Under the pieces are notes generated by a model. That model searched no databases, was not told the origin of the DNA, and saw only the letters and a list, made by a program, of their open reading frames with translations. DNA of 31,516 nt, taken from assembly GCA_032161105.1 (NCBI GenBank), contig JAVHTD010000029.1. One strand, 5' to 3'. Each line of letters starts with the position of its first letter. Positions within the stretch are counted from its first letter, which is position 1. Positions 1 to 8,273 of this stretch are shown one piece after another. The DNA is from Candidatus Thermosaccharophagus tengchongensis (lineage in GTDB: Bacteria; Armatimonadota; Fervidibacteria; Fervidibacterales; Thermosaccharophagaceae). The position numbers and the translations under genes were made by a program.

Positions 1-1
1 C

Positions 2-67
2 TTCACTCGCTACACAAACTTGCGAACGAAGGTGATTGAAGTTATGGCGTTTGCTCCCGGCAGTTGA
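2..67 (+). CDS. Possible 3' end of an upstream gene (partial)
   Basis: Frame 2 is open from the window edge (FTRYTNLRTKVIEVMAFAPGS*) and stops at TGA 65-67, just before the RBS of the next gene. Too short to identify. Confidence 0.3.
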   Translation, partial: FTRYTNLRTKVIEVMAFAPGS

Positions 68-85
68 AACAAGGAGGGGATAAAA

Positions 86-589
86 GTGCTTGAAAAGACG
101 ATAAGCAAACTCTTCATACTTCTTGACGATGAAGGTTGGATGAGACATGCAAACCCGTTAAGTGGTTGGACGAGGGTTCCGTGCTTTGGGCTACTTGTCC
201 TTGCTTTTTGGAGCCGGGTTTGGTTGGGATGGTATTCCACAATTCCGATTGTCCTTATTGCGCTATGGACATGGGTGAACCCACGAATTTTCCCAAAGCC
301 AAAATCAACCAACAACTGGATGTCAAAAGGCGTTTTGGGTTTACGAGTTTGGCTCAATCAGGACAAAATCCCAATTCCGGAGCATCACAGGTTGGTTCCA
401 AAAATTTTGTTTCTGATCGGAACGATCGGCTTAGTCCCTACGATTTGGGGTTTTTGTTGCCTTAATGTCTGGATGACGCTCTTGGGAGTATCGTGGTGCT
501 ACTTCGGCAAATTTTGGTTCATGGACAGAATGGTTTGGCTGTTTGAGGACATGAAACACCTGCCCGAATACAAAAACTGGCTGTATTGA
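86..589 (+). CDS. Small multi-pass membrane protein, DUF6653-like
   Basis: AGGAGGG RBS ahead of GTG at 86. Has the W-x-RHANP-x-S-x-WTR motif, WTWVNPRIFP, WMSKGVLG-x-RVW and KFWFMDRMVWLF, plus several hydrophobic helices; these match my recollection of DUF6653. Confidence 0.75.
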   Translation: MLEKTISKLFILLDDEGWMRHANPLSGWTRVPCFGLLVLAFWSRVWLGWYSTIPIVLIALWTWVNPRIFPKPKSTNNWMSKGVLGLRVWLNQDKIPIPEHHRLVPKILFLIGTIGLVPTIWGFCCLNVWMTLLGVSWCYFGKFWFMDRMVWLFEDMKHLPEYKNWLY

Positions 590-601
590 TTTTGCTCTCA
601 A

Positions 602-865
602 GTTCGTAGTTAGCCACGAAGCGTTAGCGAAGTGGCGTCCAAAAAGAACGGCACTTCACTTTGCTCCGTGCCTTACTACGAACATGCTTTCGCTCGTAGT
701 TTAGCCACGAAGCGATAGCGGAGTGGCGTCCAAAAAGAACGGCACTTCACTTCGTTTCGTGCCTTACTACGAACCTTGTCAAAGTTCGTAGTTAGCCACG
801 AAGCGTTAGCGAAGTGGCGTCCAAAAGGAACGGCACTCCGCTTTGCTCCGTGCCTTACTACGAAC
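602..865. repeat. Tandem array of three 82-83 bp structured elements (units 602-683, 692-774, 784-865), each an inverted pair of GTAG-type REP-like hairpins (REPIN/BIME-like)
   Basis: Unit pattern: GTTCGTAGTTA-GCCAC..GTGGC-GTCCAAAA(A/G)GAAC-GGCAC..GTGCC-TTACTACGAAC. Terminal inverted repeat GTTCGTAGT/ACTACGAAC (one mismatch in unit 2), two internal hairpins, and 8-9 bp linkers between units. Confidence 0.9.
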
Positions 866-1134
866 ATGGTTGCCGTTAGTGAGCCAAGACAATCATATAG
901 CGCGTGCGGATTTTCAATAAGGACATTGCCACCGATGCAGTTTCCTACATTTGCCCATCGTTATGGCGCATCCTGAGTTTCACAAATTGATGTAACTTAG
1001 TCATTGCGTTGCACATCTAATGTAAAGCGGGGCGCGATAAAGGCGATTTATTGGCTGCTTGCGAGTTTGCCGGCAGCTGGGGAAGCCGGAAAATTTGGCA
1101 TAAATTGGCAATCTTTCCAAAGGGGGTGTGCCTC

Positions 1135-2886
1135 ATGGGTAGGTGTCGCTTGTGCATCGGTGTAGCATTAGCATGCATATCGGTGATGTGTTCGCCTTGC
1201 AGGTTAGGGGAGGAGTGGATAAAGCCGGCAGATCAACCGGCATTAGTCACGGTGGGTGAGAGGGGCGAATTGCGTGTAAATGGGAAGCCTTTCCTGCCAA
1301 TATTCGTCTGGCTGCAACCGATCCAAAATTTTGACTTTTTGGCATCACTTGGCATCAACACCTTCATGGGTGAGGGAGCAAGAGGGGAAAGTGCCCGTGA
1401 ATTTTTGGATGCGTTGCAAAAGCGAGGGCTATGGGGCATCATCCACAGCCGCCCCGAGAATTGGCAGCTTAAAGATCATCCGGCTCTCTTAGCTTGGATG
1501 TTCAGCGATGAGCCAGACTTGCCGGCTACCTTGCCCTATGAGCGTCCTGTGGCAGTGCCGCGTGATGAAAAGGGCAACATCAACATTTGGTGGGAAGGTG
1601 AACAGCCAAAGGAAACGAATTTCCCTAAAGGGGGGTGGATGGAGAGTGAAGCCAATCGTGTGCTTTTAAGTGGTGGGAGTTGGCTAACGCTTGATGCTGA
1701 TGAACTACCGCCGGAGGGGTCATTCTATGCCCGATATGAGATAGAGGTGCCACAAACAGCCCAATACAACCTCTGGGTGCGTGAATTCACCAAGGCTTGG
1801 GCTTCGCCAACGCGATGGCGTTTTGACACCAGTGAATGGCAACAAACTCCGCGTGACCTAAAGGGCTTAGAGCTACAGCGTGTGCATAGGGTTTTGACAG
1901 TGGGTTGGCATCACTATGGCACAGTAGAGTTAACGGCAGGGCGTCATGTCTTTGAGTTAGTCATCAACGAAAGGCGCACTGCTGGCTCGCCAAGCAAGGT
2001 GGGCAAGGAATTCATGGCAGGCTTTGACGCGTTCTTGCTCACCACTGGCAGTGAAGCTCCATTGTCACCGCCTCGTCCACCACGCCCCAGAATACCTCCA
2101 GAGGAGATTGCGCGACAATATGCCGAGCTAAAGCGGGCAGATACATCTCACCCCATTTACCTCAACCTCACAGCTGGTTTCTTCCCACAATTTGCCCGCT
2201 ATGATGAAGCTACCACTGCTGCCATATATCCCGCATACTGCAAAGCTACCGATATTGTCGGTTACGACCTATATCCTGTCACAGGGTGGGGTAGACCAGA
2301 GTGGGTCCCACTTATTGCCCCTGTTACTCGGAAGTTGCGCGAGTTGGCGCCGCCGCGTGTGCCAGTGTGGGTCATTTTGGAGTGCACTAAAAAGCTCCGT
2401 TGGGTGAGCCAAGAGCGCCTTAACCGTATTGGTCGCCCTCAAGGTGCAACAGCAGCTGAACTTCGTGCAATGGTTTGGATGGCACTAATTAACGGTGCCA
2501 AGGGCATAGGTTACTTCCCACATCGCTGGGATCCTTACAACCCTTGCGATATTTCGGAGGAACTCCAAGCCGAGATGAAGCGGACAAACCGCCAGCTAAC
2601 TCAACTGGCTTCGGTGCTTCTCGGAAATGATGTGACAGGGGTAGTGGAAATGGATGCTATTGAGGGTGGTCCAGTGGAGTTTATTGTGCGCAGGGCTGAA
2701 GATGGCGGCATGCCACACCTTTTCATGGTAAACGCAAGCACTGCTGCAGCCAGCATTAGACTGCGTTCTAAGAAGATCAAGAGCATGATGGATTTGGAGA
2801 GCGGTGAGGCGCTCCCAATGAAACACGATGGGATTTTGCTGAAGTTAGAGCCGTTGCAGGTGAGGATGTTTGTTTTAAGGGATTAG
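1135..2886 (+). CDS. Secreted unclassified glycoside-hydrolase-like TIM-barrel protein with an inserted CBM-like beta-sandwich
   Basis: ATG 1135 follows AAGGGGGTG; the ORF track starts at TTG 1051. N-terminal hydrophobic signal, then VNGKPFLP, LAWMFSDEPD (clan GH-A-like acid/base position), DIVGYDLYP, VWVILE and ALINGAKGIGYF. About 190 aa with EGE...Y-x-LWVR...VELTAGRH...FDAFLLT is inserted after DEP. Confidence 0.65.
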   Translation: MGRCRLCIGVALACISVMCSPCRLGEEWIKPADQPALVTVGERGELRVNGKPFLPIFVWLQPIQNFDFLASLGINTFMGEGARGESAREFLDALQKRGLWGIIHSRPENWQLKDHPALLAWMFSDEPDLPATLPYERPVAVPRDEKGNINIWWEGEQPKETNFPKGGWMESEANRVLLSGGSWLTLDADELPPEGSFYARYEIEVPQTAQYNLWVREFTKAWASPTRWRFDTSEWQQTPRDLKGLELQRVHRVLTVGWHHYGTVELTAGRHVFELVINERRTAGSPSKVGKEFMAGFDAFLLTTGSEAPLSPPRPPRPRIPPEEIARQYAELKRADTSHPIYLNLTAGFFPQFARYDEATTAAIYPAYCKATDIVGYDLYPVTGWGRPEWVPLIAPVTRKLRELAPPRVPVWVILECTKKLRWVSQERLNRIGRPQGATAAELRAMVWMALINGAKGIGYFPHRWDPYNPCDISEELQAEMKRTNRQLTQLASVLLGNDVTGVVEMDAIEGGPVEFIVRRAEDGGMPHLFMVNASTAAASIRLRSKKIKSMMDLESGEALPMKHDGILLKLEPLQVRMFVLRD

Positions 2887-3068
2887 GAGCTGAAGGGCAA
2901 ACCTTTGCAAACTTTGGGTGATGCGCGGCTTTAAGAGTCGTCCTCAAATGTTGCTCAGGGTGGAAAAGACCAATTCAAAGGCAGCTTGGATTGATGAACT
3001 TTTGACAGGTGAGCATAATTCCCCATATTTTGCCCACAGCTGTTTTGCTGAGGGTATTTTTCAATGCC

Positions 3069-4832
3069 TCATCTCAATTCAACGATAGCCCATAAGCCCA
3101 GATGTGGCACAACGAAGGTCAGCATATTGTTTTCAACGCGAACCGAAGCCTGTTGTAACTCTTGCTTAGGCGCATGGATAATGGCGGTTTTTGGAACGAT
3201 GCTTCTGGCTCGCTTGATCAGCGACAGGTTGATTGAGATGCTCACATTGGCTGGACGGGCATCGTCAAGATGAATGTCGTAATCTTGGTTGAGCAGGTGG
3301 CAAACAATAGGGGCATTGGGAGTGTTCGGCTTATATCGCAGTGAGACGCGGATCTTTTCGCCACCCTTGACGATGACTTGCTTGTGCAGTTGCTCGGGCA
3401 AGCTTTCAAGTCCACGCCATTGGAGGCGCATTGGCTTCGTTGCCCTCAATTGCCTTTCAATCTCTGTGGACAAACCCTGCTTACCAGTGAGCAAAAAATC
3501 GTAAGCTTCAATTTCCGATGCCGAAACGCTCGTTCCCAAGGAGGGTTCAGCAATCACGATGGCGAAAGGCACATTCGCTTTAAGGAGTTCAATTGCCGCC
3601 GAGCGGATTTCGCCAAAATCGTGGTTAGTATAAACAAGTGCCAAGTTCGCTAACGAGCGGTAACCGTCAAGTAAGCTTGCCTTCTCACGGACGAACCGAT
3701 ACACGAAAGCAAAATCTTCTGGTTTGCCTCTCCACCAATGCGTTCCTTTCTCTTTCGTGTAGCACCATTGCCGATGCGGGACCATGAAGGCGCTGCCAAA
3801 GGCGTATGCTTGTGCAATCCAACTTCTGACCAAGCCTGGCTTTTCATTTGCAGCAATCCAAGCCCAATCGTAACCTGAAGCAGTTGCCGCTTGTCGCTTG
3901 CCCAAACCCTCAACAACCTTAAAGACAAATGCGGGTTCAAATGACACTTGCGCCGTTGAAGCATGATGGTTCATCTCGCCGCAGAAAAAGTCAATGAGTG
4001 GGGCAACAACGAGATCTTCGGGAGACGATGCGCTTGAGTTGACGCTCCTGAGAAGCGGTTTGCCGCACAACTTTTCGGCATACTCAAAAGCTTCGCGAAT
4101 AACGCTCAAGGCTTGCTCAGTTTGGAACTGCTGGAAGAGCTCCCCAAAGGGCAGTTGGCGTCGCCTCCTCTTCCAATCATCTGCGGTTACACCCTTTGCT
4201 CTCAAAAATGAGCGCAAATCAAACTCATCAATGTTGTTAACCTCCATAGCCTGCAATTGCTCGCGTGAGAAATTTCGCTTTAACCAATTGCGGAAGCCTT
4301 CCATGCAATGGTGACAGAAGCATCCACCATTCCATGCTGAGCATGCGGAAGTCCCACGCCAATCATCAATGTGCAATCCGTCAATGGGCGCAGCACATGC
4401 CCGCTCAACTTGGTCACGCAGGTAAGCACGGTAGTCAGGGTTGTTAGTGCAAAACCAGTATGCTGGATGACCTTTGTGTTTGTGATCCCAGAGCCAAGGG
4501 ACAGTTATCGGGTTATTGTCAAGGTCTCGGCAGATTGCCTCAGCGAAACTTTCGCGGCTAAACTCAATGAACCCAGCAAAGTCAACTACGAAATCAACGC
4601 TGCCACAATATCGCAGGTTGTGCCTTTGAGCCTCTACAACTCTTTGGCGAAACCGCAGGACATCTTTCGGGCTCTTTGACATTGCTCGTCCAGCCCATCC
4701 GACAATCGTGCCCGAATAAACTTCGTAAAGCTCGGCTTCGGGCGCATACATGAAAACGACATCGCTTGCATTTAGATTTGGGCGTTCAAGTAATGAACCC
4801 GCAAGAGCCATGCAAGCCATCCACCATGCCAT
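3069..4832 (-). CDS. Secreted unclassified glycoside-hydrolase-like protein (GH42-like C-x-C-xx-C site)
   Basis: 587 aa with a short hydrophobic N-terminus. Contains CTNNPDYRAYL, DGLHIDDW and GCFCHHCMEGFRNWL, reminiscent of the GH42-type metal site. The C-terminus has flavodoxin-like and beta-sandwich segments (VCHLLN...LWAIVEL). Confidence 0.6.
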   Translation of the reverse strand: MAWWMACMALAGSLLERPNLNASDVVFMYAPEAELYEVYSGTIVGWAGRAMSKSPKDVLRFRQRVVEAQRHNLRYCGSVDFVVDFAGFIEFSRESFAEAICRDLDNNPITVPWLWDHKHKGHPAYWFCTNNPDYRAYLRDQVERACAAPIDGLHIDDWRGTSACSAWNGGCFCHHCMEGFRNWLKRNFSREQLQAMEVNNIDEFDLRSFLRAKGVTADDWKRRRRQLPFGELFQQFQTEQALSVIREAFEYAEKLCGKPLLRSVNSSASSPEDLVVAPLIDFFCGEMNHHASTAQVSFEPAFVFKVVEGLGKRQAATASGYDWAWIAANEKPGLVRSWIAQAYAFGSAFMVPHRQWCYTKEKGTHWWRGKPEDFAFVYRFVREKASLLDGYRSLANLALVYTNHDFGEIRSAAIELLKANVPFAIVIAEPSLGTSVSASEIEAYDFLLTGKQGLSTEIERQLRATKPMRLQWRGLESLPEQLHKQVIVKGGEKIRVSLRYKPNTPNAPIVCHLLNQDYDIHLDDARPANVSISINLSLIKRARSIVPKTAIIHAPKQELQQASVRVENNMLTFVVPHLGLWAIVELR

Positions 4833-5152
4833 ATCGCATCACCATGCCTTCAGTTTGTTAGCGGCATCCTCATGATGAATTTCTCCCCGTCTTGCCAGAC
4901 ACTATTGGCATTGCGAGCGATCCAATAGGCGAACTATCGTTGCGTCATCTATGCCATTGCATCCAATATGATTGTGCCCTGCCAGTTGGATGCTGCAAAG
5001 TCATTGGTTGGGTAAAGCGCAGAAGGCACATTGCGGATGAATGGTTTGGCAATGTGTTGCAACTTGCATGCGGAAGGTTTAATCTATTCTCGCGAGGATG
5101 CATGAATCATGTGACATAGAGTTAAACGCGCATGAGCAAGGGGTGAGCCAAT

Positions 5153-6286
5153 ATGGGAGAGCACACTATTGACCGCCGTGAGTTCATCAAACTTGCAGTC
5201 GGAGCAGGCGCATCCTTCAGTGCGCTTAGTTTGCAATCTCAGGCAAGCAAGCAGGTGGACACATCAAAAATACTGAACTACAACCCAGACATGGAGTATA
5301 GGCGATGCGGTAAAACTGGATGGATGGTTTCTGCGGTGTGTTTGGGTGGACATTGGAAGCGAGTTCATGTCATCATCGGCGGCGAGCCAATGGGTGGTTG
5401 GTTTGGCAACATAGACAAGCCCGAATTCCAAAAGAACCGATACGATGTTGTCACAAGGTGCATGGAGAGGGGCATCAATTACATTGATGCATGCTCAACA
5501 GCTGAGGTAATCGCATATGCACGCGCTCTTAAAGGACGACGGGAGAGCATGTATCTTGGTTGCTCGTGGTATGAGAGGGAAGCACGCTCCCCGGAATATC
5601 GGACAGCTAAGGCGCTCCTTAAAACGCTTGATGAGGGGATGAAAGAGGCAGGCTTGGACTATGTTGACTTGTGGCGCATAACATGCCTCATGGATGGGCG
5701 TCAAGGCCCGGATGGCAAGTGGATTTATCCGCACACAGAAGCTGAATCCGAGGAGATTGCCAAGGCGCTTGACATAGCCAAAAGGTCCGGGAAGGTAAGA
5801 GCAGGCGGTATATCAACTCATGACCGCCCTTGGGCTGAATACATGATGCGCACATTTAGAGACCAGATTGATGTTGTCGTGCTCCCATACACGGCTAAAA
5901 CGAGGGCAGTCCCTACTGGGAGTTTCTTTGATGCCATCCGTGAATGCGATTGCGGTTTCTTCGGCATCAAGCCATTTGCCGATGCAACTATCTTTAAGGG
6001 CGATGGCTCCCCGAATAATCCGCACTATGAGGAGGATAGTCGTATCGCGCGATTGGCTATCCGATACATACTTTGCAACCCCGTGATCACAGCGCCCATA
6101 CCGGGACTCATCTCAGTTGAGCAAGTGGACAATGTTGCACTTGCCGTTAAAGAGCGCAGGGAGCTTGACCTGCCGAAGAATGAATTGCCACCTCAAGAGA
6201 AGGCGGAGCTTGAAAGGGCACTTGAGAGGGCATGGGCTAAGTTGCCGATGGAGTATGAGTGGCTCAGAAAATGGGAGTTGGTGTAG
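5153..6286 (+). CDS. Aldo/keto reductase-fold protein with twin-arginine (Tat) signal; catalytic residues atypical
   Basis: GGGGTGAG RBS. DRREFIK plus a hydrophobic segment (Tat). AKR-fold motifs MEYRRCGKTGWMVSAVCLGG, GINYID, LDYVDL, GKVRAGGISTH, GIKPFA and PIPGLISVEQVDN. Confidence 0.85.
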   Translation: MGEHTIDRREFIKLAVGAGASFSALSLQSQASKQVDTSKILNYNPDMEYRRCGKTGWMVSAVCLGGHWKRVHVIIGGEPMGGWFGNIDKPEFQKNRYDVVTRCMERGINYIDACSTAEVIAYARALKGRRESMYLGCSWYEREARSPEYRTAKALLKTLDEGMKEAGLDYVDLWRITCLMDGRQGPDGKWIYPHTEAESEEIAKALDIAKRSGKVRAGGISTHDRPWAEYMMRTFRDQIDVVVLPYTAKTRAVPTGSFFDAIRECDCGFFGIKPFADATIFKGDGSPNNPHYEEDSRIARLAIRYILCNPVITAPIPGLISVEQVDNVALAVKERRELDLPKNELPPQEKAELERALERAWAKLPMEYEWLRKWELV

Positions 6287-6440
6287 GTGAGTTATGAGTT
6301 AGGTGCACCATATTTTGCGGTGCTGAATGTTTCCCTGCATTTGAGCTGCTCGCAAGGGCGTTGCACTCCTCACTGATGAGATGCGCTGCATCCTCAAAGT
6401 GGTGGTCATTCGCTATTGCGTTTGATTGAGGGTGGTTTGC

Positions 6441-8192
6441 GTGTATGGGGAATTGACAATCTGGGATTATGCCATTGTGGGAGCATACCTTGCTTTTGCG
6501 CTTGGAGTTGGTGGCGCGTTAGCGAAGCGTGCCGCACGCAGCATGGCAGAGTATTTTGCAGCCGGTAGGGAATTGCCGTGGTGGCTTGCCGGCACAAGCA
6601 TGGTCGCAACAACTTTCGCCTCTGACACGCCATTGGCAGTCACTGGCTTTGTCCGAGGGCAAGGCATAGTTGGGAATTGGTTCTGGTGGAATGCGGCGAT
6701 AGCCAATATGCTGAGCACATTTCTGTTCGCACCGCTTTGGAGGCGAAGCCAAGCGCTGACTGACTTGGAATTCATCGCCATGCGATATGATGGTGCACCT
6801 GCAAACTTCCTTCGTGGCTTTAGGGTGCTCTACACCTCGCTGATCGCCAACTCAATCGTGATGGGTTGGGTCATACATGCCATGGTTAAGATTGTCCGAA
6901 CAACATTCGGCTGGGAGCCCACAACAGCACTTGCCGTTCTGATCTTCGTCGCATTTGCATACACAATCACTGCCGGCTTGTGGGGCGTCGTGCTCACCGA
7001 CTTTCTTCAATTCGCACTCGCGATGACGGGCGCAATATGGTTGGCAATTGCGTCACTCAAGGTGATCGGTGGCGGTGTTAACTTAGTGGCTCAGCTGAGG
7101 GATGCCGGTCTTGCTGGGCGCCTCTCATTTATGCCGCCGAGCTATGACCGCCATTTGTGGGTTACCTTCCTCACATATATGCTCGTGCAGTGGTGGGCAG
7201 TTGGTCGCCCGGATGGGGAGGGCTACATTGCACAGCGCATACTCGCCACAAGGGATGAGCGCAATGCAACCCTCTCCGTGCTTTGGTTCTCATTCGCACA
7301 CTATGTTTTAAGACCTTGGTGGTGGATAGTTGTTGCGCTCGCATCTTTGCTGCTCATACCGAAGATGCCAAGTGCGCTTGGCGATGAGGGTGCATACCCG
7401 GCTATGATGCTTAGGCTTCTCCCAACAGGCGCGCTTGGGATTATGGTTGCTGCAATGCTTGCTGCATTCATGAGCACAATGGACACGCACATGAATTGGG
7501 CTGCGAGTTACCTCGTCAATGACTTTTACAAGCCATTCATCAAGCCGGAAGCCAGTGAACGACATTATGTCGTGGTTGGGCGGCTCGCAACGGCATTAAT
7601 ACTTGCACTCGGTGTAGGCGCATCGTTAGTTACGCAGCAAATAAGCACGGCGTGGATGTTACTTGCCGGGTTAAGCGCGGGCATCGGACCGGTTTCAATA
7701 CTCCGTTGGCTCTGGTGGCGCATAAATGCTTGGAGCGAGATAAGCGCAATGGCAACTGCGCTTATCGTGAATAGCACCATTTACATCCTCGGTTGGTGCA
7801 AGGTTGCTCCGTTTGATCTCTTCATCACTGACAGGGGCTTCCCATATCGGTTGCTCCTCATAACCGTCTGCGTGCAAGTCGTCTGGGTGGCAGTGACATT
7901 GCTCACAAAGCCCGAACCCATGGATAAGCTTGCTCAGTTTTATCGCAGAGTTCGCCCACCGTGTTGGTGGCGCCGTGTGGCTGAAGTTGCGTCATTGCCG
8001 CCTGAGCCAGTTGGATGGCATTGGGTGCTCGGATGGATCGGTGGAACAATGCTCATCTACGGTGGGTTGGTTGTGCTCGGTGGGCTATTGCTGCTGCAGT
8101 TCAACTGGATTGCCATCGGGATAGCGCCTGCTGCGATTGGGTGCATTGCTGTTTTATGCGCTTTGCGCCGATGCCTTTCATCATCCGCGTAG
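6441..8192 (+). CDS. Sodium:solute symporter (SSS) family protein
   Basis: EYFAAGRELPWWLAGTSMVATTFASDTP, GLWGVVLTDFLQF, AQRILA, AAFMSTMDTHMNW and about 13-14 TM helices. GTG 6441 follows GAGGGTGG; the ORF track starts at 6426. Confidence 0.95.
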   Translation: MYGELTIWDYAIVGAYLAFALGVGGALAKRAARSMAEYFAAGRELPWWLAGTSMVATTFASDTPLAVTGFVRGQGIVGNWFWWNAAIANMLSTFLFAPLWRRSQALTDLEFIAMRYDGAPANFLRGFRVLYTSLIANSIVMGWVIHAMVKIVRTTFGWEPTTALAVLIFVAFAYTITAGLWGVVLTDFLQFALAMTGAIWLAIASLKVIGGGVNLVAQLRDAGLAGRLSFMPPSYDRHLWVTFLTYMLVQWWAVGRPDGEGYIAQRILATRDERNATLSVLWFSFAHYVLRPWWWIVVALASLLLIPKMPSALGDEGAYPAMMLRLLPTGALGIMVAAMLAAFMSTMDTHMNWAASYLVNDFYKPFIKPEASERHYVVVGRLATALILALGVGASLVTQQISTAWMLLAGLSAGIGPVSILRWLWWRINAWSEISAMATALIVNSTIYILGWCKVAPFDLFITDRGFPYRLLLITVCVQVVWVAVTLLTKPEPMDKLAQFYRRVRPPCWWRRVAEVASLPPEPVGWHWVLGWIGGTMLIYGGLVVLGGLLLLQFNWIAIGIAPAAIGCIAVLCALRRCLSSSA

Positions 8193-8273
8193 GGTGAGCT
8201 CCCGAAAGGTCATCGCATGTGCGGCAATGCGCATTCACATGAAAGTCAGATGCTATTGCGGGAGTGATTTACC

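Noticed and set aside
602..865. CRISPR array interpretation of the triple repeat
   Set aside because: Units are 82-83 bp with only 8-9 bp between them. The internal segments are near-identical between copies rather than unique spacers, and no cas genes are in the window.
676..976. Short ORFs 676-867 (-) and 776-976 (+)
   Set aside because: They are translations of the palindromic repeat, with no RBS or protein-like features.
2893..2935. c-di-GMP-I riboswitch-like start (AGGGCAAACC...)
   Set aside because: The following bases do not form the GAAA-capped stem, GACGCAAA is absent, and the site lies between convergent 3' ends rather than in a 5' UTR.
5046..5061. Sigma-54-like TTGGCA...TTGCA upstream of the AKR gene (similar sequence at ~1095-1110)
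   Set aside because: The GG-to-GC spacing is 9 nt rather than the required 10.
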